A program made the translations under genes and the position numbers. This document shows positions 11,001 through 19,741 of a stretch of DNA of 64,000 nt, in pieces (within the stretch, counting starts at the first letter, position 1; each line of letters begins with the position of its first letter). The notes beneath the pieces were generated by a model. That model did not search any database. It saw only the letters and a list, made by a program, of their open reading frames with translations, and was not told where the DNA came from. Origin of the DNA: Spirochaetia bacterium (GTDB lineage: Bacteria; Spirochaetota; Spirochaetia; CADAEX01); contig OY759746.1 in assembly GCA_963662795.1 (NCBI GenBank), positions 3,680,001-3,744,000 of the forward strand, in the 5' to 3' direction.

Positions 11001-11910
11001 GGGATATTATTACACCGATAAGTAAAATTATCGCTAAAACAATATATGTAAGTGTTCTTAACAAATAAACAGGCTGAAGTACTTCTGCTGAATTATTATC
11101 AATAATCAATGTCCATGTTCTTTTTTTTATATTGTCATATAATGTACTGTATCCGTAAATATTATCCTTGCCGTTTTCTTTTAATTCAAAAGAACCGCTC
11201 TTTTCCGTAATATTTTTCCATAACTCAGTTTCAGTTATTGATTCAAATGGAGTAATTGCAAGCGTAGAATAAAAAAGCTGGCCATCTCCGTTAACAAGAC
11301 GGGTTCTGGTTGTTTCAAACGCGGCTCCGACCAGTTCTATCTCATGAGTAAGAATTGTCATGTTGACTTCTGCCCTGAGTATTCCTGCAAATGAACCGTT
11401 ATCATCATAAACAGATACTGATAACGGAAGAATGGGGTTAAGTGTATGCTGATCAAGAACTAATGAGTCTCTATAATATTGATGCTTTTTAGTATTTATC
11501 CACCAGATTTCAGAAGACAGGTTTCCCGATTGAGTCTTTGATGAATCAAAAACAATATTTCCCGTCTGGTCGGTAAAAAGGATACTTTCATAGACTTTGT
11601 ACCCGTACTGCCTATCAATTTTATTTAATGCTTCATCTTTTGTATTGTTTTTTATGTCTGATTTCATCCATATTTTTGATGCACTCGCAAACAATGAAAG
11701 TTCCCTGTATTTTTTCTCAATTGAATTTTCAACTATGGCAAGATATCTTTTGGCATGGAATTCAAGTGTATCCTGAACTGTTCTGGTCAGAACCTTTAAC
11801 GCTGTATAGGATGAAAAAAAACCAAACCCCACTATTAACAGACATAACAGTAAAAAACCTGCATTCAGTCTTGCCTGTATACCTGTTATTATTTTTTTAT
11901 TCATAATCAA
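8062..11910 (-). CDS. Membrane hybrid histidine kinase (TM-Cache-like-TM-HAMP-GAF-coiled coil-HisKA-HATPase-3xREC)
   Basis: Two TM helices; HAMP (SGDEIGLISKSFDEM); GAF (FGEGLVGQAA); EFLSNMSHELRTPLNS, NLIGNAIKFT, GGTGLGL; three receivers, each with a phospho-Asp (LDLQLP, MDLGLP, MDIMMP). Confidence 0.95.
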   Translation of the reverse strand: MIMNKKIITGIQARLNAGFLLLCLLIVGFGFFSSYTALKVLTRTVQDTLEFHAKRYLAIVENSIEKKYRELSLFASASKIWMKSDIKNNTKDEALNKIDRQYGYKVYESILFTDQTGNIVFDSSKTQSGNLSSEIWWINTKKHQYYRDSLVLDQHTLNPILPLSVSVYDDNGSFAGILRAEVNMTILTHEIELVGAAFETTRTRLVNGDGQLFYSTLAITPFESITETELWKNITEKSGSFELKENGKDNIYGYSTLYDNIKKRTWTLIIDNNSAEVLQPVYLLRTLTYIVLAIILLIGVIISLLISRSITIPLLRLQKAVKTVGPENLSLRTNINSGDEIGLISKSFDEMMEMLENQAITLKEKNFIQEGQNRLYKRMRMFKNSKPLATDILKEISDYSGADIGSFYLVKDKKLIRSAIFAYFKDKAVPESFDFGEGLVGQAASDKKIKIINTIPENYIYMGSDLGRASPVSIVLAPVLFNGEVKGVIELGFTSIVSDMKIEYLTSVLGSIGISINTLQGMEQERILLKQTEEQKHELQTQQEELRVSNEELEEQASRLRESEDRLKEQQQELEHSNVDLEIKNEQLEEKQRLVEEAKMELQKKADELEQASKYKSEFLSNMSHELRTPLNSLLLLARDLANNEEKNLNEEQVESANIIFKGGNDLLNLINQILDLSRIEAGRMELYFENINLKDIKERLETGFTKLAKEKNLDFSVEIEKNIPQLIYSDSMRLEQILRNLIGNAIKFTARGSVDVKFSKSESDEELLSISVRDTGIGIPELQKKAVFEAFQQGDGGTSRRYGGTGLGLSIARELAALLGGVIKLESEEGKGSIFTLYLPFECESGSKKKTNIQEILIPAESQQNLAVEPDSSPEKLNDDRNNLKENDKVLLIIEDDLEFLKIVMKHCKNKGYKCIAASTGNNGLSLAKKHHPSGIILDLQLPGIDGYKVLSSLKDDPQTRHIPVHIISINEPTLSAFRNGAVGFLNKPVTKEQLDEVISKLIELSDHRTRNLLVVEDDEVMKNNIVSLLKSDNINIDVAITGEDAFKAVKTGKYHCIVMDLGLPDISGMELLDKMEELKNNMTLPPVIVYTGKDLTQDEEISINEHSDSIIIKDARSEGRLLDEVSLFLHQMIKTGKKDKKQLQTDISQTDKMFKEGKVLIVDDDMRALFAVSKLLTSKGLETIKAESGEKALKILNATSGIDLILMDIMMPDMDGYETMKKIRVNEDFKNIPIIALTAKAMKNDREKCIEAGADDYMSKPVDGDKLISLIKVWLYGRDK

Positions 11911-13018
11911 TTATTCCCCCGACATTTTTTGCCGGCATTAATTCAAATTTTAAATCATGTTCACCGCTTTTAACAGATATTTTACCTAGAGAACCTGTAT
12001 ATACAAATCCTGAAGCCATTTGCTCCTGAATAGTACCGCGTGATATTTCCTTTCCCGACAGAAGTCCTGACAGCATTTTCAGACTCTCATATCCGTTGGC
12101 ACCATAGTGACTCAATGGACGGTTATATTTAGCTTCAAAATTACTTTTCAAGGTTGCGGCAAAAGAATATTTTTCATTATAAATAGCAGGTGAAGCCAGA
12201 TAAACTCCATCAGCTTCACTCAGTTCACTGACTTGTTGCTGAGCAGCCCCGGATGCTGCCAGAATATACCCTTTGTATCCTTCTTTTCTCAATACAATCA
12301 ATGCTTCAGTATAATCAACCGGATATCCGATAATATATACCGCGTCGTTATTCAATATTTTCAAAACAGCATCAGATATTTTTATATTTTTCCTGTCATA
12401 AGGCTCTGAATCGATCTTGATTTTTTTATCGTTAATATTTCCTTCAAGTTCAGCAAATACTGCTTTCCCGTATTCATCATCAAGATAAATTACTCCTGGA
12501 TTTTTGATTTTAAGTTTTTCAAAAAAATAAAGAATCGGAGCAATTTCATTATCAGGCAAGGTATAAAACCTGAAAACCCAGTTTTTATTACGGGTTATTT
12601 CAATACCTGACGTTACAAGACACAAAAGAGGAACTTCTGCTTTTTCTGCATATGGTGATAAAGAAGTGCCAATTGAACTTAAAGCAGTGATATAAAGATC
12701 AGGTTTAAATTTAGCTTCTATATCTTTGAATTCCTCTACCGCTTTTTCAGGGTTGGTTTTGTTATCCCTTACAATGAGTTCAATTTTCCTGCCGTTTATG
12801 CCGTCATACTTATTAATTTCCTCAACTGAAAGTTCTATTCCTTCAAGAACTTCCTTCAAATGTGCACCAGGCCCTGATAATGATATTATAACACCTATTT
12901 TTATTGAATTATTTTTCCTGCATGATTGAAGAGAAAACGAACCTGATATAATTAAAATCGCCAGACAGATACCCGCAATTATCCCTGAGATTCCATATTT
13001 TACTTTTACATCACTCAT
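11897..13018 (-). CDS. Periplasmic ligand-binding protein, LivK/Peripla_BP_6 family (no transporter genes nearby)
   Basis: IKIGVIISLSGPGA, GINGRKIELIVRD, WVFR, DDEYG motifs; hydrophobic N-terminus ending in QSC; AAGGAG RBS before the ATG at 13018. Confidence 0.85.
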   Translation of the reverse strand: MSDVKVKYGISGIIAGICLAILIISGSFSLQSCRKNNSIKIGVIISLSGPGAHLKEVLEGIELSVEEINKYDGINGRKIELIVRDNKTNPEKAVEEFKDIEAKFKPDLYITALSSIGTSLSPYAEKAEVPLLCLVTSGIEITRNKNWVFRFYTLPDNEIAPILYFFEKLKIKNPGVIYLDDEYGKAVFAELEGNINDKKIKIDSEPYDRKNIKISDAVLKILNNDAVYIIGYPVDYTEALIVLRKEGYKGYILAASGAAQQQVSELSEADGVYLASPAIYNEKYSFAATLKSNFEAKYNRPLSHYGANGYESLKMLSGLLSGKEISRGTIQEQMASGFVYTGSLGKISVKSGEHDLKFELMPAKNVGGIIDYE

Positions 13019-13035
13019 AATAGATTCTCCTTTTA

Positions 13036-14214
13036 TCATGATATTTCCGCAGCAGAACCCTTATCCGTAGCTTTAAAAATCAGCCTGACTTTTGTACCTT
13101 TTTCCGGCCTGCTTTTTATTTCCACAGTCCCTCCAATACTGTTTACAAGTCCGTAAACTGTAGAAAGGCCGAGACCTGAATATTTAGGTCCTTTTGTTGT
13201 ATAAAAAGGATCGAAGCAATGTCTGAGTTCCTCCTTTGTCATACCGCAGCCTTGATCCGTGATTTCAATAATCAGGTTCTCTTTATCATGAATTACTTCA
13301 ATATTAATTCCCCCTTTATTGCTCATAGCATCAGATGCATTTTTTAATAATTCCAGAAGTATTGTCTGCATTTCATTCATATTACCGTTTATGCAGGGTA
13401 ATCTTTCAGCTGCTTTAATTGTTATATAAATAGTGTTTTCAATATTTTTTTCGTTGTTAAATATTTCTATTGTATCTGTTATCAGTTTTTGCATATCAAT
13501 ACTTGATAGAGGATTCTCTATAAGTTTTTTTCTGTTGAAATTATTGATTTTTAAAATTGTAGACTCTATGCATGCTGCCGATTTAATAATATTTTTTATG
13601 AATTTTCTTGAACTATCGTCAAGATTTTTTTCTTTTTCCTGAAGAGCTTCTGCATATAACATGATAGGAGAAAGATTGTTATTAATATCATGGGCAATGC
13701 CGTAAAGCAGTTTGCCTACTGCGGCGAATTTCTCCTGCTGAATAACCTGTTCATATAACCTTTCCTTATCCTTGATCGCCAGTTCCAGATCAAGAGTTCT
13801 TTCTTTAATCAGATCTTCAAGATTATTCCGGTAGGCATTGTTGGATTCTTCAAGTTTTTTAATTTTGACAGCGTTTTCGACAGCCTTTAAAACCGATGTT
13901 TTATCTACAGGTTTAATAAGATAATCGCAGGCGCCGAAGCGAAGAGCCTGTGAAGCTGTTTCAATATTCGGTTCACCTGTAATCATTATAACCTGCAGCC
14001 GGGGATAATTATCATTAATGGATTTCAGCAATTCCACACCCGATATTCTGGGGAGCAGTATGTCTGTAACGACTATATCTATTTTATTTTCTTCCAGTAT
14101 TTTTAAAGCAGTTTCCGCGTCTTCCGCAATGTCAACTTTATAACCTTCTCTTAATAAAAATTCTCTTAATGTTATACGGATACTTTTTTCATCATCTACA
14201 ATAAGTATGTGCAT
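13036..14214 (-). CDS. Hybrid REC-histidine kinase
   Basis: IVDDE, TDILLP, ITG, IKP; GIAHDINNNL, ELLKNA, DQGCGM, PFYTTKG, GLGL. Confidence 0.92.
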   Translation of the reverse strand: MHILIVDDEKSIRITLREFLLREGYKVDIAEDAETALKILEENKIDIVVTDILLPRISGVELLKSINDNYPRLQVIMITGEPNIETASQALRFGACDYLIKPVDKTSVLKAVENAVKIKKLEESNNAYRNNLEDLIKERTLDLELAIKDKERLYEQVIQQEKFAAVGKLLYGIAHDINNNLSPIMLYAEALQEKEKNLDDSSRKFIKNIIKSAACIESTILKINNFNRKKLIENPLSSIDMQKLITDTIEIFNNEKNIENTIYITIKAAERLPCINGNMNEMQTILLELLKNASDAMSNKGGINIEVIHDKENLIIEITDQGCGMTKEELRHCFDPFYTTKGPKYSGLGLSTVYGLVNSIGGTVEIKSRPEKGTKVRLIFKATDKGSAAEIS

Positions 14215-14232
14215 ATTTTTACCTTTATATTT

Positions 14233-15315
14233 TTAAATTTCCTGAAAATCCGATTTAATTTTAAGTATTTTATCTTTTATGGAAATAAAGGCGGAAGCAA
14301 AATCAGGATCAAAATGTTTCCCACGGCCTTCTTCAATTATCTGAAAAGCTTTTTCTGCCGTAAAAGCATTTTTATAAGGTCTTTTAGTTGTCAGGGCATC
14401 AAATACATCGGCAATTGCAGCTATTCTTCCTTCAACAGGTATATTTTCACCCGACAACCCGTTGGGATATCCTGTACCATCCCATTTTTCATGATGTGAT
14501 AAAGCTATTATTCTTCCCTTAATCAATAACAGGCTTTTTGACCCTTCAAGTATTTTAGCCCCGATAATTGTGTGTTTTTTCATTAAATCCCATTCAGTAC
14601 TGTCAAGTGAGCCTTTTTTTAGCAGTATATTATCAGGTATTCCAATTTTACCTATATCGTGCATCGGGGAAGTATATAAAATCATGTCGGAAATTTCCTG
14701 AGACATTCCTATACATCCTGAAAGGGCAACTGCATAATTACTCATTCTCTGAAGATGCGAGGAAGTATCCTCATCCCTGTACTCGGCAGCTCTTGAAAGG
14801 CTGTAGATTGTATCAAGAGAGGCATTCTGCAGATCAGTAAGCGCATGCCGGAGCTCAAGGGTTCTTTCCGATACCTGTTTCTCAAGTACTGCCTGATTAT
14901 TTATCATGTAATCGTTGTACGCCTTAACTTTAACCAGAGATTTCAATCTTGCGGAAAGTTCCGCTAAATGAGGGGGTTTTACCAGAAAATCATCCGCTCC
15001 AAGCTTCAATGCCTCAATCCTTAATTTAATATCATTCTCCCCTGTAACGATAATTATTGGAATATGCATCAGTTTTACATCAGTTTTTAGAATTTCTGTA
15101 ATTTCAATCCCGGTTTTTCCCGGCATATGTATATCCAGAAGAATTACATCCGGATTTATCATATTAATTTTAGATAACAACTCAAGACCGTCAGAAACTT
15201 CAGCAACGTTATATCCCTCTATATTGAGTAAATCATTAAAAGTTGACCGTATACGGGGATCATCATCAGCTACAAGTATGACAGGTTTTGATTTAATACT
15301 AATCTGCTCTTTCAC
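14233..15315 (-). CDS. RpfG-like response regulator with HD-GYP c-di-GMP phosphodiesterase domain
   Basis: REC followed by AAEYRDEDT..H, MHDIGKIG, HHEKWDGTGYP and IADVFDALT. Confidence 0.95.
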   Translation of the reverse strand: MKEQISIKSKPVILVADDDPRIRSTFNDLLNIEGYNVAEVSDGLELLSKINMINPDVILLDIHMPGKTGIEITEILKTDVKLMHIPIIIVTGENDIKLRIEALKLGADDFLVKPPHLAELSARLKSLVKVKAYNDYMINNQAVLEKQVSERTLELRHALTDLQNASLDTIYSLSRAAEYRDEDTSSHLQRMSNYAVALSGCIGMSQEISDMILYTSPMHDIGKIGIPDNILLKKGSLDSTEWDLMKKHTIIGAKILEGSKSLLLIKGRIIALSHHEKWDGTGYPNGLSGENIPVEGRIAAIADVFDALTTKRPYKNAFTAEKAFQIIEEGRGKHFDPDFASAFISIKDKILKIKSDFQEI

Positions 15316-18043
15316 AGTTTCCTCTGTTCATCATCTCATTTAATATTTTACGGATAACATTCATCCTGGGAGGTTTCTCTAGTACTGCATCTATATTTTC
15401 AGGGATATCAATTCCCCCCTTTACAATATTGCTCCAGCCGGAAAGAAGAACAACAGGTATCCCTGGATCAAGTATTTTAAGTTCCTTTGCCAGTTCATAA
15501 CCGCTCATCCCAGGCATTCCAAGGTCTGTAATTACTATTTCAAACGGATCTTTGCTTTCAATATTTTTCCTGAACTCATAAAGTGCGTTTGTACCGTTAT
15601 CAGTTGTCACAATACTGTGGCCGTCAATTGTCAGTAATTCGCTCAATGCATTTAATATACGGGGATCATCATCAACACATAATATCTTAAAAGGGCCGCA
15701 TTCTTTTGAATATTCAGTTTCAGAATGCAGTGTCTTTACCTGATTGTTTATCGGAAAAATCATATTAATGGATGTGCCGATATCAGGCCTGCTGAAAATA
15801 TCAAGCTTTCCACCATGCCTGTTGATCATCCCGAAAACACCCGCCAACCCAAGCCCTGTCCCGTTAATTCCTTTAGTGGTATAAAAAGGCTCTATACATC
15901 GTCTTTTCTCTTCCTCACTCATCCCCTTTCCATTGTCTTCTACTGAGATAATTATATTTTTGGAGGTGTATTTCCCTTTCAAAATGATAGTCCCTTTTTT
16001 GTCAATTGCATCAGCTGAATTAAAAATACAATTAATTAGAGACTCCCTTAAATCGCTTTTTACACAAACAAGCCTCATGTCGGGATCAGCAAGCTGTATT
16101 TCGATATTTACTTCATATCCTGAATCAATAGTCTTGGCTTCATATTTGGGTCTGACCAGCTCAATAACGTCCATAAAAATTTCCGAAATCAATACATCTT
16201 CCATATTTGACTCATCATCTTTTTTATAAAAAGACCTGAGCCTTTGAGTTACATTCTCTATATCGCTTACTGCTTTTTGAATAGTGCCTAGATATTTTCT
16301 ACCGCGTTCACTTATCCCTGGTTCAGTCTCAATCAAGGCTTCTGTGTAAAGAGTAATTGGAGATAATATATTATTTATATCGTGCGTTATCCCGCTTGCT
16401 ACCTGCCCCATGGCTTTTAATCGCTCCTGCTCTTTCATTGCTTCCTGCGCTTTTCCGAGTTTTTTATAAGAAGATATTATTTTTTCGTAAAGCCGGAAAT
16501 TATGAATCGAAACTGATATATTTTCTGCAAGGTTGTTAAGAAAATATTTTTTTGCTTTATTAAGGTTGAAATCGCTTTTGTCGACAAGAAACAGCTGACC
16601 GACAAGATTGTCATCGGAAAATAACGGCATGAACAATATATTTGTCAAATTATTCAGCTGTAAATTAACAAGATATTTATCAAAATAACTGCTGCCGGAT
16701 TCCGGTTGATCTTTATTCAGGTTAATATAAAATAGTCCTGGTTTTTTCGACAGCAAGAAAGATTTATTTTTATTATCTATATTAAAAACTGTTTCAGAAT
16801 CAACTAACATGTTATCAATATTTTCAAGATTATTATATTCAATATGCTTTATGGTAAAAGAAGTACCCTTGTTGTTAAACAACCCGACCCCTGCAATGGA
16901 ATGGCTGAAATTGTTATTAAGATATTTCATAACAATACGAAGAATACTTTCCAGATCGTTTTTTCTTGCGATCTGTGTTGTAATTGTATTCAGTGCTTCA
17001 AGCCACTCCGCCCGCAGGTTGAGCTGTGCCTGTGTTTTTCTTAATTCTGCAAAAGTTTCCTGAATTAATTTTTCATCATTTTTTCTGGATGTAATATTCT
17101 CAACAGAAACTTCGCAATACTGCTGCCCTGTTATATCTTCCACCAGATGAGCGTTTTCTGATACCCATATTTCCTTTCCTCCATTACATCTCCATTGAGT
17201 TTCAAAACCGGAAACATAGCCCTTTTCATTTAGTATCTTTTGCCATTTCACCCTGTCGTCAATATTCAAATAAAAATCACTTATATCAATATTCCTTAAC
17301 TTACTTGTATCTTTGTAATTAGTGATTTCAAGAAAGGCCTTGTTTGTATCAATTATTTTTTCCATATTATCTGTTGTATATAATCCAATCGGTACATTTT
17401 CAAAAAGCATCCGGTATTTTTTTTCACTATCAAGAATATTTATGTCTGTTTTCTCATGTTTGATTTCAATTTCATTATTATAATAAATAAAAGCTATGTC
17501 GTTTGCGATTTCAATTATTAAATCTTTTATTATTTCTGAATCAATAATTTTATAATTAATAATAAGGCAAAAAAATCCATATTTTATATCAGCATATTTG
17601 ACTTCAGTTATAAACGGTATATTTTCATTATTATTCTCTTTTTTCAAATCAAGGAACAGGCACTCATTCTTTTCATTCGGTTCGCAAATATAGTAATCAT
17701 TCTTAATAGCTTTCTTACAGCATACTGGAATTGAAATGGACTTGTTAAGATCATCTATTTTGTTGATTCCATTTTCATTAAAAATAAGGGAAGATTTATC
17801 AATCTCAATATTTTCAGAATTATTTTTATCATAAAAAATCAGCCATCCCGCTGAGCATATTTTATATTTTAAAAGGATATTAATAATGTCATGAAACACA
17901 TCCTGTCTCCCCATCTCCCTTTTTAAAATGATATTTATATCCCTCATTGCTTTTAAAAATATTAATTCACTTTTTTTAAGAGTTACTGATTCATTTAATG
18001 TTGAATCAACCGTTATTTCAGGCCTGAAATCGGCTGTTTTCAT
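15299..18043 (-). CDS. Cytoplasmic hybrid histidine kinase (GAF-like, PAS, GAF, HisKA, HATPase, REC)
   Basis: YRMLFENVPIG PAS; GITHDINNIL H-box; DNGKGM, PFYTTKG, GTGLGL; C-terminal REC (CVDDD, TDLGMP, EKP). Confidence 0.92.
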   Translation of the reverse strand: MKTADFRPEITVDSTLNESVTLKKSELIFLKAMRDINIILKREMGRQDVFHDIINILLKYKICSAGWLIFYDKNNSENIEIDKSSLIFNENGINKIDDLNKSISIPVCCKKAIKNDYYICEPNEKNECLFLDLKKENNNENIPFITEVKYADIKYGFFCLIINYKIIDSEIIKDLIIEIANDIAFIYYNNEIEIKHEKTDINILDSEKKYRMLFENVPIGLYTTDNMEKIIDTNKAFLEITNYKDTSKLRNIDISDFYLNIDDRVKWQKILNEKGYVSGFETQWRCNGGKEIWVSENAHLVEDITGQQYCEVSVENITSRKNDEKLIQETFAELRKTQAQLNLRAEWLEALNTITTQIARKNDLESILRIVMKYLNNNFSHSIAGVGLFNNKGTSFTIKHIEYNNLENIDNMLVDSETVFNIDNKNKSFLLSKKPGLFYINLNKDQPESGSSYFDKYLVNLQLNNLTNILFMPLFSDDNLVGQLFLVDKSDFNLNKAKKYFLNNLAENISVSIHNFRLYEKIISSYKKLGKAQEAMKEQERLKAMGQVASGITHDINNILSPITLYTEALIETEPGISERGRKYLGTIQKAVSDIENVTQRLRSFYKKDDESNMEDVLISEIFMDVIELVRPKYEAKTIDSGYEVNIEIQLADPDMRLVCVKSDLRESLINCIFNSADAIDKKGTIILKGKYTSKNIIISVEDNGKGMSEEEKRRCIEPFYTTKGINGTGLGLAGVFGMINRHGGKLDIFSRPDIGTSINMIFPINNQVKTLHSETEYSKECGPFKILCVDDDPRILNALSELLTIDGHSIVTTDNGTNALYEFRKNIESKDPFEIVITDLGMPGMSGYELAKELKILDPGIPVVLLSGWSNIVKGGIDIPENIDAVLEKPPRMNVIRKILNEMMNRGNCERAD

Positions 18044-18414
18044 TATTTTGATACCTTAATTATATCTTTAATTACCGAAATAGCTTTAACATGCTCTTTT
18101 GATTTATCAAAAAAATAATCCGCACCATCATCGAGGCAGCGCTGTATAGTATCATCAGAAGCGAAATTGGAAAGTATGATTACTACTGGTTTTTTTGATA
18201 ATGTGTTTGTGTAATTCAATACTTCATATCCGTTTCCGTCAGGCATCTTTAAATCCAGAATGAGGATGTCCGGTGATAATGTATCGATTTTTGATTTTGT
18301 GTCTTGAATATTTTCAGAATCGTGGATTTCAAGGTTTGTAAGTCCGTTTAAAAGTCTTTTAATGTTTTTTTTAACCAAAGTGGAATCATCTGCAATTAAC
18401 AAAATATATTTCAT
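18043..18414 (-). CDS. Single-domain response regulator
   Basis: IADDS, LDLKMP, LSN and GADYFFDKS motifs. Confidence 0.9.
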   Translation of the reverse strand: MKYILLIADDSTLVKKNIKRLLNGLTNLEIHDSENIQDTKSKIDTLSPDILILDLKMPDGNGYEVLNYTNTLSKKPVVIILSNFASDDTIQRCLDDGADYFFDKSKEHVKAISVIKDIIKVSK

Positions 18415-18617
18415 TTCTCACTCTCTCTTTATATCAAGAAAGTATAATACATCTTAAATAATAGCGGTATCGCCTAAATGTTTATTTTAGTGTAGCTGAA
18501 ATAATGACAAATGATTTTCACGCGGAACAGGATTCCCGCGCATAATTATCAAATAGGGAGTATTAATTTGATCCTGAAGAGTATCAGTGTTAGATCATTT
18601 AGAGAGCACAATTTGTT

Positions 18618-19046
18618 TTAAATTTCCCGTTGCTGAAATTCATAGTATCTTTTTTCTGCCAATTTAAATGCACTTTCTACTGTCTTTCTCAGTTCATCCA
18701 GTACCCATGGCTTTTGGATAAATGCAAATACATCTTTTTCCATTATTTTCCCAAGTTCAGCTGATTCAGAAAAGCCGGACATAAGTATAGATACAATTTC
18801 AGGATATTTTTCAGATACCGTTTTAATAAGGTCGATTCCATTTGCTTCAGGCATTCTTTGATCAGAAATAAGTACAGTTATATAATGTTCGTTGATTTTC
18901 AGATAATCAAGAACTTCTATTGCTCTTGTATTTAAAACGGTTTTTATATTGTTGTTGTTAGTCCATTTTTTAAAGCTGAGATTAATCAGATTAACTAAAG
19001 ATTGCTGATCATCTACAATAATCAATAATTTTTCCGGGCCACCCAT
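18618..19046 (-). CDS. Single-domain response regulator
   Basis: IVDDQ, ISDQRMP, MSG and QKPW motifs; GAGG RBS. Confidence 0.9.
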   Translation of the reverse strand: MGGPEKLLIIVDDQQSLVNLINLSFKKWTNNNNIKTVLNTRAIEVLDYLKINEHYITVLISDQRMPEANGIDLIKTVSEKYPEIVSILMSGFSESAELGKIMEKDVFAFIQKPWVLDELRKTVESAFKLAEKRYYEFQQREI

Positions 19047-19146
19047 TTTTTCTAATATTTCCTCATATAAGGACTGATATTCTTTGAAAATTCAAACATA
19101 TTTATAGTATAACATATTTTTCTTCATGTAGAAACAAGAAATAAGC

Positions 19147-19182
19147 AAAAAAATTGCTTTGAGCGGTTAAACTCAAAGCAAT
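19147..19182 (-). terminator. Intrinsic terminator downstream of tRNA-Val and the che operon
   Basis: Stem ATTGCTTTGAG / CTCAAAGCAAT with an 8-nt loop; the adjacent A-run gives a U-tract on the minus strand. Confidence 0.8.
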
Positions 19183-19210
19183 AATTCTTTACATAGCAAA
19201 TAGTTACATA

Positions 19211-19284
19211 TGGGCGACGGCAGATTCGAACTGCCGACCCCTTGCGTGTCGAGCAAGTACTCTAACCAACTGAGCTAGCCGCCC
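19211..19284 (-). tRNA. tRNA-Val (anticodon GAC), CCA not encoded
   Basis: Minus strand reads GGGCGGCTAGCTCAGTTGGTTAGAGTACTTGCTCGACACGCAAGGGGTCGGCAGTTCGAATCTGCCGTCGCCCA: acceptor stem GGGCGGC/GTCGCCC, anticodon arm CTTGC-TC GAC AC-GCAAG, T-loop GTTCGAATC. Confidence 0.97.
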
Positions 19285-19288
19285 TATT

Positions 19289-19729
19289 TCATGTACCCTT
19301 AAGAACAGAAGTAAGACGTTCCAGTACTTTTATCCTGTCCAGAGGTTTTACTATATAATTTTTTGCACCGGAAAGTAAAGACTGTTTTACAAGTTCCTGC
19401 TTACCAAGAGCGCTGATCATAATGATAACTGCTTCAGGATCAAATTCTATAATTTTCTGAAGACAGGTAACACCATCCATATTCGGCATTGTTATGTCCA
19501 TGGTTACAAGATCTACATTGGGATGAAGTTCTTTATATTTTTCAAGCCCTTCGAGACCATCTTTAGCAGTTCCGATAATTTCAAACCCTTCAGATGTAAG
19601 GATCTGTGAAATCTGCTTTGCTACAAACATTGAGTCATCAACTATTAGTACCCTGTAAGCTGATCCATCAGGTTTCATACCGTCAGGTTTTTTTGTATTG
19701 ATGTTGGGATAATCCATTTTTGCTCTCAT
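19289..19729 (-). CDS. cheY: Chemotaxis response regulator CheY (spirochete type with N-terminal extension)
   Basis: IVDDSMF, TMDITMP, ISA, VKP; last gene of cheA-W-X-Y; AGGAG RBS before the ATG at 19729. Confidence 0.92.
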   Translation of the reverse strand: MRAKMDYPNINTKKPDGMKPDGSAYRVLIVDDSMFVAKQISQILTSEGFEIIGTAKDGLEGLEKYKELHPNVDLVTMDITMPNMDGVTCLQKIIEFDPEAVIIMISALGKQELVKQSLLSGAKNYIVKPLDRIKVLERLTSVLKGT

Positions 19730-19741
19730 ATACAAACTCCT

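Noticed and set aside
1-19210. Calling the signalling array a mobile element
   Set aside because: No integrase, transposase or att repeat is visible, and the AT-richness appears to continue through the native che/flaA genes; kept only as a hypothesis
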